DNA of 63,798 nt, counting the filler, from Pelomyxa schiedti (Eukaryota > Protista > Evosea), in assembly GCA_020536535.1 (NCBI GenBank). It is 10 parts of 10 records of this genome, joined end to end, with 100 filler letters (N's around TTAATTAATTAA, not from the genome) between each part and the next. Parts side by side here need not be neighbours in the genome. Positions count along the whole stretch, not along the records: positions 1 to 19,240 come from JAHLWZ010000523.1; 9 more parts are not named here. One strand, given 5' to 3'. Positions within the stretch are counted from its first letter, which is position 1. Every line of letters begins with the position of its first letter. This document shows positions 1 to 12,476 of this stretch, piece after piece. The notes beneath the pieces are model-generated. The model ran no database searches. It was given only the letters and a program-made list of their open reading frames with translations, and had not been told where the DNA came from. The position numbers were made by a program, and so were the translations under genes.

Positions 1-12
1 ATCTTGGGGAGG

Positions 13-2018
13 ATGGCAGCGACACCGGTAGTACATTGGATGGGACAGGCGACGTTGAAGGTGGGAACGGATCTACACAAACAAAACAGGGTCAAGCTCA
101 TGGGCAGGTTCCGCGACGCGGCCAACCCTTGCCCTGTTAAATCACTTCTTTTCGTGAAGGGTATTTGTTTTTTTTTTTGCATAAAAATTTTTGTAGTTTT
201 TGTTGTGTTGACTTCACAATGCTTGCTGTTCGTTTTTAGCAACTTGTTGTAATCTTTTTGTGTAAATATGACACCGGGTGACAAAGAGAATAATTGCGAT
301 TGCAGGTGGAGATGATACTGCTATAAATGATAGTGATATCGACTACACTTTCAAGCAGGAGAGCACATTCCAATACTTATTTGGCGTTCGCGACCCCGGT
401 TGCATGGGAATCATCGATATGGCCTCCTCAAAGTCCATATTGTTCATGTCCCGCCCAAATCCTGCGTACCAAGCGATTTTGGGAAAGATTCAGGTAACCC
501 TGTGAATTAAAGGAAACTGTCTCAAGTTTCTACAGCCCCCATCATTCTATGTGGCCCGCTATGGAGTCGACGAAGTTAAGTATGTCGACGAAATCCCCGC
601 CTTTGTTGCTGAGTATGACCCTGATATCATCTACACAATGCATGGAGTCAACACTGACAGTGGAATTGTTGTTGCGGAGGCAACCTTTTCTGGAATCGCT
701 AAATACCATGTAACCAATCTAATTCTTAGCAATGAGTGATGACATAAAAAATAGGTGGACAAAGGCCGTCTGTTCCGTGAAGTATATGAGTGCCGCCTCA
801 CCAAGACCCCAGCCGAAATTGAGGTGATGCGCTATGTGGTCAAGGCTTCTGCAGAGGCTCACAAAGCGGTAACTAGGTTTTTTTTTACCACTGTTGGTCT
901 TACCTCCCAATTTTAAAGGTGATGAAAAGCTGTGCCCCTGGAATGATGGAATACCAGTTGGAGTCTTTATTCCTTCACCACATGTACTTCAATAGCGGTT
1001 GCAGGCACAGTGGTTACACACCCATTTGTGGGTCTGGCCCAAATTCTGCTGTTCTCCATTATGGACATGCTGGTGCACCTAATGACCGACAGATGCAAGA
1101 TGGTAAGGAACTCCAGTCTTCTATTCTTTTATTAAAAGCTCATAGGTGATCTGGTTTTGGTTGACATGGGTGCGGAATACCACTGCTATGATGGTGATAT
1201 TACATGCACCTTCCCTGTAAACGGCAGGTTCACAGCCGACCAACGCGATGTCTACGAGGTGAATTTCCTGTGCTCTTTCCAAGCAAAACTTAATGATGCA
1301 CCAGACAGTCCTTGCTGCAAATCGGGCAGTTGAAGAGAATATGAGGCCAGGAGTATCGTGGCCAGATATGCACAAGCTTGCCAATCGTGTTATTTGCGAA
1401 CAGCTCAAGCAACGTGGTTTCCTCAAAGTATTCCTTCTTTACATTCTTTGTGCTTCTTACAGTTATCAGGGAGATGTTGACGAGATGATGAAGGTTCACA
1501 TTGGCGCTCTTTTCATGCCCCATGGACTTGGTCATCTCCTTGGATTGGTTATTACCTTCTAAATTCACCCCTTAACTGACACTCGCTAAGGATACGCATG
1601 ATGTTGGTGGCTACCCAAGGGGGACAACGAGAAGCACGGCGCCAGGAGAGTCCCGGTACTTTTCTTATCTTCTTGTTATGACACCACTGACCGCTTTCCA
1701 GATTGAGGTGCGCTCGTCCCTTGGTTCCCGGTATGATTCTCACTGTAGAGCCTGGTGTATACTTCAACTCTTTCCTGCTCGAACCGGCATTTGAGGTTCC
1801 GCTTCTTCTCCTTCTACCACCGGTTTAAGTTCTAACATTCCCCACAGAACCCGGACCAAGCCAAATTCCTGGTTAAGGAAAAGCTGGTGGCGTTCATGAA
1901 CTTTGGAGGTGTCCGCATTGAGGACGATGTGCTCGTAACTGAAACCGGGTGTGAAATCCTGTCATGCGGCCTTCCTCGCACCCCAGCGGAGATTGAGGCC
2001 TTCATGTCCAAGTCCTAA
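13..2018 (+). CDS. PEPD: Xaa-Pro dipeptidase (prolidase, M24B), multi-exon
   Basis: Hand-spliced exons give [17 protein letters not shown] (like the PEPD N-terminus), [75 protein letters not shown] and [12 protein letters not shown]. Stop TAA at 2016-2018. The first intron boundaries are unresolved. Confidence 0.95.
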
Positions 2019-2204
2019 AATTATTGTGGTAAGCACCAGAGACCACACCGCAGTACCACAACACTGAAACAAATAAAACAAAAAACCAAAAAAAACCTCA
2101 TCTTCAAAATTTTGGACTTCCCTGTTTGGCGGGTGATAATTGGCTGGGAGAAGAGCACACCATAGTCCGTAACAACGTGGTGACTCACTTGCCATTGAAA
2201 GTCT

Positions 2205-3467
2205 TCAACAGTTGTTGCAAGATGGCTTGGTGTGATGAGATGTCGGTTGTGCATTGGCATCAGATTTTGCTGCGCTTTGTTGGCTTTGAGACTTCTGTGT
2301 TGGGTCTTTCAAGGGGACAACCTTGATGTTTTCTTCTATACCACCTATGGTGCTGATGGAGATAAGTGCCTGCCCAGAGAGAATCTCATAAATTGACAGT
2401 GTTTGATCAATTCTGTTGCATACAATTAGACACCCCCTCTCCACTTTGCATTGTGAGACTTCCAGTGGATTCTCTTGGGATAGGCAGAGTGAGTGTACCC
2501 TTCTTGTGGTTTCACGACACTCCCAGATTTCATAGAACATAGTAGAGCAGCTATAAACACAAAACATGGCCTCATTCACCTGAGAAACACCATCACAAAC
2601 GCATGTATGAAGTTCTGTAACTGTGGCTGTGCTCTCCTCCAGTGCAAAAACTTGTGAATGTTCCTCAAACGTTTTCACAATGAAAACATGGGAACCTGCT
2701 TTCCCCATAATGGCTACAGAGTCAGAAGTGATCTCACAAACCGTTGGAAAAGGGAGCTTTGTTCTGCTGGTTACATGCAAGTGCCCTGCAGAGAAGGAAC
2801 CTGCCACATCCACCAGAATGCATATAATGCATCTGCCTAAAGTGGATTCCTCAAACAGCACAACAAGAGCCTCATTTGGAGCCACCCTATTAAAGGACAC
2901 GCTCCTCACAACCAGATTCCGTGAATCCGCCACAGGTCCCTCCACCGGGACCGCCATTCTCTGGTAGTTCCCATAATGGCTCACCGGCGCCACGCGCAGT
3001 CTCACGCCCTCCGTTCCCTCAAAGGAGCTCATCACCCACACGCCGTTGTCTGCGTACCAATCGGTGCAGGCTAGATCATGTGAAGGTAGGTGTTCAGTGA
3101 CACCTCCAGGAGTCAGTCCGCACAATGGGGAGAATCCAAAGAGAACCCACTTGCGCCAACGTACTTGGACTGACAACACAGTCTCGGACAGCAGGAGGGC
3201 AGAAGTGTCCCACAATTGGCAGACGAGAGGCGCGCCGTGCATGGATAACGCACGCGCGGGCGACGCAGACCCGCAGCGCCGGTGGCAGACGCCAACGAGC
3301 AGGGCCATCAGCTGCGACCAAATTGTGGGAAACATAGTCACCATCAACTTGGCCCGGCCTTCGCCGCAAAAGGTGCCTTTTCGTTGCCACGGGAACGAAA
3401 TCGCTACGACCCCGCCGCCTTCGGGGCTCCCGAACAGATTCCAACACGACGTCGCTTGGCTCTCCAT
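2205..3467 (-). CDS. Orphan family A protein, complete and intronless
   Basis: Long ORF with first ATG at 3467. N-terminal motif WSQLMALLVGVCHRRCGSASPARAL and C-terminal IYEILSGQALISI, both shared with other copies in the window. Confidence 0.7.
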   Translation of the reverse strand: MESQATSCWNLFGSPEGGGVVAISFPWQRKGTFCGEGRAKLMVTMFPTIWSQLMALLVGVCHRRCGSASPARALSMHGAPLVCQLWDTSALLLSETVLSVQVRWRKWVLFGFSPLCGLTPGGVTEHLPSHDLACTDWYADNGVWVMSSFEGTEGVRLRVAPVSHYGNYQRMAVPVEGPVADSRNLVVRSVSFNRVAPNEALVVLFEESTLGRCIICILVDVAGSFSAGHLHVTSRTKLPFPTVCEITSDSVAIMGKAGSHVFIVKTFEEHSQVFALEESTATVTELHTCVCDGVSQVNEAMFCVYSCSTMFYEIWECRETTRRVHSLCLSQENPLEVSQCKVERGCLIVCNRIDQTLSIYEILSGQALISISTIGGIEENIKVVPLKDPTQKSQSQQSAAKSDANAQPTSHHTKPSCNNC

Positions 3468-3538
3468 CTTCAGCAGCTTCAGAGAAAAACTTTTTGGTTC
3501 CAACCGAAAAACAAACGGACAGTCCGGAAGGCACTCAA

Positions 3539-6020
3539 ATGTCTACGACGACAACGTCAACGGCGTCCACCGGGCTGGATGCAATGATTATGGGAAATGT
3601 TTTGCTGATGCTCACGCGACCCGCGAGGCTGGACAACAACACCACGAGGGGTGCGGCGCCGATCCCTGCGTGTCTCAAGCCAAATTTGCATGCTGTGTTC
3701 GTGGTCGCTCGTGTTTGTTCCGTACGTTGTGGTTTTTTTTTCCCCCGTGTAAAAAAAAGTAACTGTTATTATGGGACTGTATTTGTTTGTGTTTTTATTT
3801 GTCAAATATATATATATAATAGTTATTATATGAATATATGTATTAACTAAGCTCTCACTTCCGTTTCTAATAAAATGAGTGCAATATTTTCATTGAGTTG
3901 GACTTTGTTAGCGAGATATCTCCCAACGGTAGTAATGAGATGCCCAGGAGTGGAATAGGGCTTGCAGCTCGAACGCACTGTGGCAGATAATGTACCAGCG
4001 TGACTTTGGGCACTTCCCTCTGCCTGGCGCGGAGGAACCTCCTTCTGATTCCAACTGGAAGCAGATTTATAAGGACCGCTTATTCGGGACTTTTGTTGTT
4101 CATCTCACAACTGGAATTCCAGCCGACTCCCCAACGTATGGAACTGAAGATAAATACTGAAGATAAAGTTGGCAACCTCAATTGCACCCACTGACTTTTT
4201 CCATAGAATATCCCGGGAATTTTTCCAGCACTGGATGTTTTCGAAAAATAGATGCCCTGTCCACCTAGAAGTGTTTTCTGGGCTCCCCCCTGNNNNNNNN
4301 NNNNNNNNNNNNNNNNNNNNNNNNNNNNNNNNNNNNNNNNNNNNNNNNNNNNNNNNNNNNNNNNNNNNNNNNNNNNNNNNNNNNNNNNNNNNGCAACCTC
4401 AATTGCACCCACTGACTTTTTCCATAGAATATCCCGGGAATTTTTCCAGCACTGGATGTTTTCGAAAAATAGATGCCCTGTCCACCTAGAAGTGTTTTCT
4501 GGGCTCCCCCCTGCGTTTGGCGTTCGACCTCCAAGACAGCTTCCTGGAATCCAAATGGGGAAGAAAAAACCTGCTGTATGCGTTTCTTTTATATCCCAGT
4601 TTCTTCTTATTGCTGGGTGTCCTTACACCGAGGAAGACTTTGTTGAGGTTTGTCATTGATGTTTATTTGTGTTAGCTGACCCTTGTTTGATATGATAGAT
4701 GGGTCAAAAAATGGCCGAAAAGATATTTTTACCAGCGTTTGATGAGGATGACCCTGATGAAAGTGAAGAGAACAAGACTGTGCGTCATGTCTCTGCTCAC
4801 ATCGAAGATCATACTTTACTCACATTAAGTATTGAGGTTGATAACTAACAGCTACACTCGCTGTATAGCCGTAATTTATTTGTTCTGATCAAAGCTAGGT
4901 GCTTGCCAAGGATCCGATTGCCACTTTGATGAATCGGGCACGCAGCAAGCTTGTTAGTTTCAGTAGTTATGCACTCTCCGAAAGTGTCGGTGTCTTGCTT
5001 CACCCCATGTTCAAGTATGTCTTTCTATCAGATGGAAAAGAAAATCACAATTTGAAAGGACACTGAGGAAATACAATCGGCACCTCAAGAAAGCTATCTC
5101 CGGAAAGGGGAAAGCTACAACAGCCTGCTGGGATGGACAACTCAGCCAACGCTCCCTTTCCCGGCAAATAAAGGGGGAGTACCTGAACGCGTTTGGGTGC
5201 AAAACTGACTGGTACCCACCTCGTCGTCACTTTATCTTTTCACCAACAAGCATTCATTCTCAAAGGTCGAGTTCAGAAGTGTTGGAAGACCCCAGCTGCC
5301 TGAAACTCGCAAAATGTACCCGGGGTTGCACACAATGGAGTGTAGTATCACCAAACGGTTCAACAATCAACTGGGTATTTTCTCCACCGCATCAACTTCT
5401 GCTCTGGTCCATGTGCGTTTTTCCCCACCTTTTTAANNNNNNNNNNNNNNNNNNNNNNNNNNNNNNNNNNNNNNNNNNNNNNNNNNNNNNNNNNNNNNNN
5501 NNNNNNNNNNNNNNNNNNNNNNNNNNNNNNNNNNNNGTACCCGGGGTTGCACACAATGGAGTGTAGTATCACCAAACGGTTCAACAATCAACTGGGTATT
5601 TTCTCCACCGCATCAACTTCTGCTCTGGTCCATGTGCGTTTTTCCCCACCTTTTTAATACTAATAGTATTTCCCAACTCGAATTCTAAACAAATTATCTC
5701 TGCTAGTGTACTTGGTGAGGAGGACACCCTAGAGGACAAGTATGGAGTAAGCGGTTCAGACTTGGACCAACTCGAGGAGGCTTTCAGCAGGTAACAATTT
5801 GTAGTGGGTGGATATTCTTGACTGACCACCAAAACAGGGAACAACAAGCCACTGGCAGAACTGGTGACCACGACACTACTGTGTGTTACCCCCCACCCTA
5901 GGGAATACTATTCAACCTTATATTGAACACTAGGTGGAAGTTCTGCAGAGGGAGTTTGAAATTGACATTAATAAGTATGGTGATTCCGGAGCCTCTATTA
6001 CCGAAACCGACAACTCCTAA
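3539..6020 (+). CDS. F-box protein, multi-exon, C-terminal region unknown
   Basis: Exon 3539-3721 spliced to exon 3948 onward gives ...VFVVARVCS/EWNRACSSNALWQIMYQRDF, an F-box C-terminal consensus. Further GT-AG exons continue in frame (ISREFFQHW..., KSQFERTLRKY..., VEVLQREFEIDINKY...NS*). Two 100-N gaps are crossed. Confidence 0.6.
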
Positions 6021-6140
6021 ATCACTTTTTCTTTGTGTTTCTAATTATCGCCCTGTCTTCCAAGTTGGTTCTTCTCCATCACTGATTTTGATCGTCTTTT
6101 TGGAAGAACGAAAAACAAAAAGAAATTCGGCAGGGGAGTA

Positions 6141-8335
6141 ATGTCAGACACGATGCGGGACGATATTTTACAGAGGTGGTTGGACCAATGGCTAATAACA
6201 GATCCCAACACTGAGATCTGTGGATCGTGCGGATACCCCTCAGTCTCGCCGCCGCCTTCGCCGTCGTCGGCCGCGAAGACCAAGACGAAGTCTAAAAGGA
6301 GTGCCGGACGCGCCCATAATTACCGCACCAGCGAGGAGGATGCCCACAAGGAGCCCGAGGAGGAGCAGACCGTGAGGGTGGTGGGTGTGCGGGGCGTGGG
6401 GAACGCCAGGACCCGGGCGGACGTGTTCGAGAGGATTGTGGGACACTGCTTCGACGACGTGTGCGGGTACCCTACCGCCGCCGCCGCCGGCGGGGCAGCA
6501 GCGCGGACGACTTATGGGAGCGGCAGCAGAGCCTGGAGGTGGCTGGGAAAGTGGGTTGATGCAAGTGAAAAAGTGGCCCTGAGGAAAGGAGGATTCAGGG
6601 GAGATAGTGAAAAAGTGGTTACAATGGATCAACTGAAGAAAGTGGTGTCCCTGTCTTATGAGAGACTTTCTGCATTGGGTATATTTAAGGTTTGCACACT
6701 GAACGCCATGGAACTATTATTACAAATTCTATGGTTATTTTTTTAAAAATTCATCTCAACCAAAAAAGGGTGTGTCTATTTCTTTGGGAATGCCTTCTGA
6801 CTCTGAAAGCGATCGGGTGGAAGTACTTGTTGATGTAATTGAGAAGGGGTCACTTTCTCTTCAGATTGGGACAGGGCTTACCCAATCCGACCAATCTGGA
6901 AGTCTTCTAGACTTCGGGTAGGAATATTTTCCGTTTTTCAATTTACTTACAACTCGTTTAGGCGTGGTTCTTCCCTTATCAAGTCCGAGTTGCTCTACAG
7001 AAACGCCTTTGGTAGAGGTGAGGAGCTATCGTGTGGCGCTTGTTTTGGTGGTAGTACTGACGTTTCATTGCTGGGTGATATATTTGCCTCTCTGAAAAAG
7101 CCTTTTCTACACAACCCCAATGCTCATGCAGCTATTGTAGCCACTCGTTCCAATACAAATAACTCCGCTACTACCGGCACTGCTTTACAGACAAATGGCG
7201 TAGCTATGTCCATAGCTAATGATACTCACCTTCTACAGTAGTCAAATAAATATGTTATTAACTCACTGACAAATACCACAGATATGAACTTTCCCACCGG
7301 TACCTTATGCCGATGACCACAACTCCTCCTTTACCATATTCCACTCGTTTGCTGTGTGGCCATACACTCAAGTCTTGTGTGAGGCATGTCTGCCGTTTAT
7401 TTGACACCCGGGACAACAAGACTTCACCAACAAGTGGAATTGGTGCTATGAGTAATGTGGAGTTTTCTGGCGGCATCCTGGGAGGAAGTGTGAATTGTAT
7501 ACGTTGCAGTGGAGCTGCTCAGTTTGCTCTTCCGCTTGTCCGCATGCCAAGATCAGCCCCTACTCAACCAAGTGAGCCCCACCTCAGCCCTGAACCAGCT
7601 CCAAAGAAACCTGTGCTACTTGGTCTGGTTCTTGGAATGCGAAGTGGATTCCTTTTGCACAAGGGACATGCTGCTCCAATGGAAAAGTTCTTCATTAATG
7701 GTGTTATACTTGTACAAATTAATCCTTTTCTAACCTCTACAACAGGAGGTGGTGATGTGCGGGGATTTGATATTCTTAATCCCATAACTACAACGGCCCC
7801 TGTTGTGCCCATTCCCACCGCACCGCATCTCCCGCAGGATACAGCCGGCGGTTCTACTGCTCCCGGCCTTCTCTCACTTGGCGGGGATGCTTTTGGCTCA
7901 CTGGTTGCTGCCCTCCGCTTACACATTCCTCACCTTGAGCCGCTATGCACACATGTGTTCTTCAACACCGGGAACCTCATTAATCTCCACCACCCAACTC
8001 CTTTGCATCATCCCCTCCACCCCACATCCTCCTCAGCTTCTTCTTCTTCTTCTTCCTCACCCTTGTCATCCATGCCAACAACAGCACTCTCAACAATCAC
8101 AAGTTCACCTCATCATGCTGCTACCGGACTCAACGACAACAGGAATAGTGTGGCCTCAGCAGTGAAGGACCTGGTGCACAACACATGCAGCAGTGTTGGG
8201 ATTGGGCTGCTGTGGCCCATGTCTGAAGGTGCCCTTGAGCTCAACCTGTGCAAAACCCTTGGAGGACCAATGTCTCACCAGTACCGTTCCACAACAAGCA
8301 AACTGCAACTGTGCTTCTCCATGAACCTACTATGA
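6141..8335 (+). CDS. SAM50: Sam50 / Omp85-family outer-membrane beta-barrel assembly protein
   Basis: POTRA-like VRVVGVRGVGNARTR...LSALGIFK, then YRNAFGRGEELS, GHTLKS, FFINGGGDVRGF (after removing intron 7701-7745), LGGDAF, THVFFNTGNL, SVGIGL, LELNLC and terminal QLCFSMNLL. These motifs are collinear with Sam50. Confidence 0.9.
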
Positions 8336-9169
8336 ACTACCCACAATAATTTAAAAAGTTCTGGAAATTTTTTTCTTTTTGTTTTTTATGGGGGAGAATT
8401 CTGAAGAGGCCAAGGAAGCGCGTACGCTACACGACGCTCGGCATAGCGACTTAGCTTTTCCTTCACAAGACCAAATAACTCAAACGCAACGATACTTTCT
8501 TCAACACTCAATTTCTCAACCAATATAGAAACGGAGATCTTAGAAATGCTACGCAGGGGAATGGTGCCAAAGGTGTCAAGCTTAGCTTTGGTGAATCTAT
8601 CTCACTAGCCTCCGAGAACACGCGATTACAGTGTTTTGAAAAGTCGTGAAAAAATGTGGCAACTTTAGCGGCATTTCTTTACTCATCAGAGAACCCGCGA
8701 TTTTTAATTACGCATCGGGTTGCGGGCGTAACGACGATGGTGAAGAGTGACCACCGTGGAACGGTAACAGTGACACTGGAGATCTCACAGAAAAACGTAC
8801 ACATCGGTGCACGATGCACAGCCTCGCTTTGGCCCAATGTAGGCAACAAGCCCCCGGAAAGGCACCCCAACGCCCGCATCACAGACTAGCTGCCTTCCTC
8901 TGACCAGTACAATTGTTTTAGTAATGGTTTGTTTTCCGGTATGAAAAACTGTCCCGAAGCAAAGGAATATTTGCCTGAGACAGCACCACGCTTTGCGGGT
9001 GAAAACCGTTGAAGAGTGAGGTCTTGCGACCACCGAATTGTTCAAACGGGTAATTGGTGAGTTTTTAATTTTCTGTACCAGCGATTAAATAGCGGAAAAT
9101 CCTCCCCGACATTGTGGGAGGCTCTAAGGTGACCGAAGAGAACCATCAACTTAAATTTGTTTCTCCACA

Positions 9170-11327
9170 ATGACACTGGTGCGGGATGGGATTGTGGGTC
9201 TGTTTGGCCCAACTGGTGTTGGCAAAACAGCCCTCAAGGAGACGTAAGTTGTTTGGTTGTTGGGTGCACGTTCCCACAATTTGGTGTCGGCGACGCACCG
9301 TCAGTGCAATTGGTGTCCGGCATTGACAGTAGTTAGGTTTTGCAATGGGCATTGGAGTCCCTATGAGTACCAGGGCTCTTTGGAAATCAGTGTATTACCT
9401 GCGATTTTTTTTCTTTTTCTACTCCGCTATTCTTCTTACCAAAGGCAGTTCCGAAGGAAAGTTTCTTTTGATGGAACCGATGCAAACTTGGAGATTCTGG
9501 ATTGGTGTGCATGTTCTTTTATTGTCATAGAAAATGTAACTCAAACGATCCAAGTTCCATGGGGGACTATGCTGTATTTCGAGATGCACAGTAGAATATC
9601 TTTTTTTTTTTTAAACAGACCGAAATTAACGCTCTTTGTGCCAGTCTTAGAAGAACGAATGTTATTCTACTGTGCTTTTCACTTGCTGATAGAATAAGTT
9701 TTGTCGAAGCTGTGGAAGCGGCTTTCCAGTGTATAAGAAGATGCTGCGAGGTAGTTCTAACCATATTCCGAACTCTGCCTAGCAAAAGTTTTTAGGAGAC
9801 AATTATATTTTTAGTTGGCCTCAAGATGGATCTCGTGACTGAGGCTTGAAGAATTCTTTCACTATTGAGCGCTAATTTTATTGTAGGTTCCAGGCTCTTG
9901 TGTGACTTTTCAAGAAGGTGTTTCGGCAGCAACTGAAATCAAGGCGTATGGTTACTTTCAATGCAGGTTTGCGTTCTTCCAGTCTGGCATTGCTCTCATC
10001 TCTGTTGTTGTTTTGGAAAAAAGTTCCAAAACCTATGTAGGACTGGACAATCTCTTTGAGGAAGTCTGCAGAGCTGGAATATTTTCTGCTCCTGGCTCTA
10101 TTACCATACCCGACACTAAAAAGTCCGGCTTCTTTGGTTGGTTCTCCAAGAAGCCAACGACTAAATCCCCAGAAACGTGAGAATAGTTCCTCTTTTTTTT
10201 TAGCTTATTCACCACAGTCCCCACTGCGTTGTAAAAATATCACTCGCCACAATTATTCAACCAAAGGTTTCTCTGATCCCAAATGACATCTGGCTGCGTG
10301 TGTAATGAACAAATGAACACCAACCGCTAATAAAATACAGTTGTGCTGGAATACCTGGACTTATTAACACTCATCCGGCTTTCCCGCACATGCAAGCAAT
10401 TCTACCACCTTGCAAAAACAACCTTGGCAAGTGCAATGAGCAAGCCACACAATTTTTCTGGTTGTGCCAAGGTGCCCAGCTGGAAGAATACTTCATTCAC
10501 GTGGACACCAAATAAGAGGTTCCATGAATACACCTATTCTCCCGTAAAATACACTCCAACTTCCAGTCGCCGCAGGGTATAGGTTCCATTTTAAACATAT
10601 TAACTGACACTTACACTTACAGTCCGGTTCAAACGACCAATTTGTCTGCTTTGGGCCGGACTGCACAATTTTGATGTCAAATGGAAAACACTGCCTCATG
10701 AGGAACCTTGACGTTGGTGACAGTGTTCTTGCATACTACTATGATGGAGGCCATGGCCACTATACAGCACCGGCATTTGTTAAGTGCATTTGGAAGTGTA
10801 TAACCTGTTTTCTGAAGTATATCTAACTTTTTAAAACAAACAACAGGTGCCCGGTTCGAAAAACAATTCCACTGGTTGTTATTTACCAAAAATCAACCAC
10901 CACAGACACTATTCTCGAACTCACACCCGATCACCCCATACTCCTTCTCCATCATAATCAACTGCAGGAACAACAAAACTCTTCTCACCCCAATCCAAGC
11001 AACAACATTACAACCACAATCAGGAACTGGTGCCTGCCAACCAACCTGTGCCAACCACACATGGTTCACATTGAATATGTATACAACTTGGTCCTGGAAT
11101 CACACCAAGGTGCTGTAATAATACCACTATCACATGAGAACAAAGGATTGACCCGGCACAGCGGCCCCAAGTCCAAACCTGAACCTGAATCTGTTGCATG
11201 TTGCACACTTGGCATGAGTGTACCAGGACACCCTGATGATTGGTGGGGGACACACAGGGTCATAGAGTGGTTGGACTCCAGGCCTGATTTCCCTTATGTC
11301 ACATCACTCCCTCCAGACAACCCCTGA
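9170..11327 (+). CDS. Rho/Rac-like GTPase - F-box - Hint/Vint fusion protein
   Basis: Spliced model: GPTGVGKT (G1), FRRKVSFDGTDANLEILD, TNVILLCFSLADRISF, IFLVGLKMDL (G4), YFQCSSKT. Intron 10177-10217 joins this in frame to LIPNDIWLLVLEYLDLLTLIRLSRTCKQF (F-box). Then CFGPDCTILMSNG...LDVGDSV, LELTPDHPI, YVYNLVLES, CCTLG and WWGTHRVIEWL (Hint + Vint). Confidence 0.8.
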
Positions 11328-11603
11328 CACATCACTGTTTTAATGTAAATAATTACAGTATGGCTGCAGGACAGTGAATAACAAACAACAACAATCACAA
11401 TGACAAGTTAGAAAGGTCCAACAATGCACACACGGCAGAATAACCGCAGTACACACTTCATTGATCGCAGGTGGCGCACTTTGATCATTACCGGGGGGAG
11501 GCTGAGTGTCCAATGGCCGCGTCGTCAGACTTGTGGGTTTTGGGTTGGGCATACATAGCTGACAATACTATACTATCATACTAACTTTAAGTGTGTATGT
11601 AGC

Positions 11604-12415
11604 GACTACGTTATTAGACTCCGCGCGTGATGGTGACCCAGGCGTCGGCAAAAGTGCACTATTTTTTCCCTCTTCTTCCTCCCTCTCTTTTGTGTACTGA
11701 GTGACTTATACACTATTGTGTGTGGTAGGTTGTCTGATAATGCGTTTCGTGGTATTGTGACTCTGTATACAACAATAACTCATACATTCTTCGTACATCG
11801 ATTGCGCAGTGGTATGAACCATTGTTATTAACAAGTTGCAATTGACAAGGACTACGACTTTCCATGTTGCACAAGGACCGTTGGCGTGGATTTCGTGCGT
11901 ATCGTATTCTTCTTTTCTCTTTTACTATTCTTATTTATTTTCTTGTTTTTTTCTAATCTCTAATAATTTGTTCATTGAAAATAGATTCACAATAGTTACA
12001 CGTCCATGTACATTTACTGTAATTAATACAACTGACAAAAAATAACTTACTTTTGATTGGAAGTTCTGAGAACTGAAAGCTTTGAAAATGTTACGCTTTG
12101 GCTACATGAGATAGTGAACAGTTGTACAACAGTCCCTCCGATAATACTTGTTGGCACCAAGGTGAAACCTCCCTCATTTTTTCTTTCTCATTTAAATCAC
12201 TTTCAACCTTGCACTTGTATTTGTTTCAGTTGGACATGGCCACCCATAATTTGTTCTGGTGTGTTTCACCGATTAATCACACAATCAACTAAGCACAACA
12301 CAGGGAGACATCATCCAAGGATGGAACAAATGTGGAGGGGGCCATCATGTCACTCCTCACTTCCATCGAGAGGATGAGGAGTGCACACAACCAAGTTCAC
12401 TGCTGGGCAGACTAA
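11604..12415 (+). pseudogene. Degenerate Rab1-like small GTPase
   Basis: Exon remnants GDPGVGKS, CLIMRFV, TVGVDF, SFENVTLWLHEI, IILVGTK and ETSSKDGTNVE. There is a frameshift/stop just before G1 and no recognisable WDTAGQ exon. Confidence 0.65.
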
Positions 12416-12476
12416 CTCAGTGGTTCTGACAAACAGGAACTTCTTTTTATGAACATTTTCATAACATGTTTTGAAG

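Noticed and set aside
3046-3762. 238-aa plus-strand ORF, and similar long antisense ORFs (45068-45700, 52229-53059, 58132-58869, 28076-28654)
   Set aside because: These are shadow ORFs opposite better-supported GC-rich coding sequence and carry no motifs.
4172-5657. About 120-bp direct repeats flanking the gaps at 4293 and 5437
   Set aside because: Identical sequence on either side of 100-N gaps is unmerged contig overlap.
8785-9045. Possible CAP-Gly-like ORF (GLVAYIGP)
   Set aside because: Only a short motif, with no GKNDG-type continuation and no supporting exon structure.
9170-10180. Stand-alone Rho gene ending KSPET*
   Set aside because: There is no CAAX box, a good donor overlaps the stop, and the downstream F-box exon has no start codon, so the fusion model fits better.
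10647-11327. Hint domains as mobile inteins
   Set aside because: They are C-terminal and intron-interrupted, with no endonuclease, no His-Asn/Cys+1 junction and no C-extein. The Vint tail fits autoprocessing domains.
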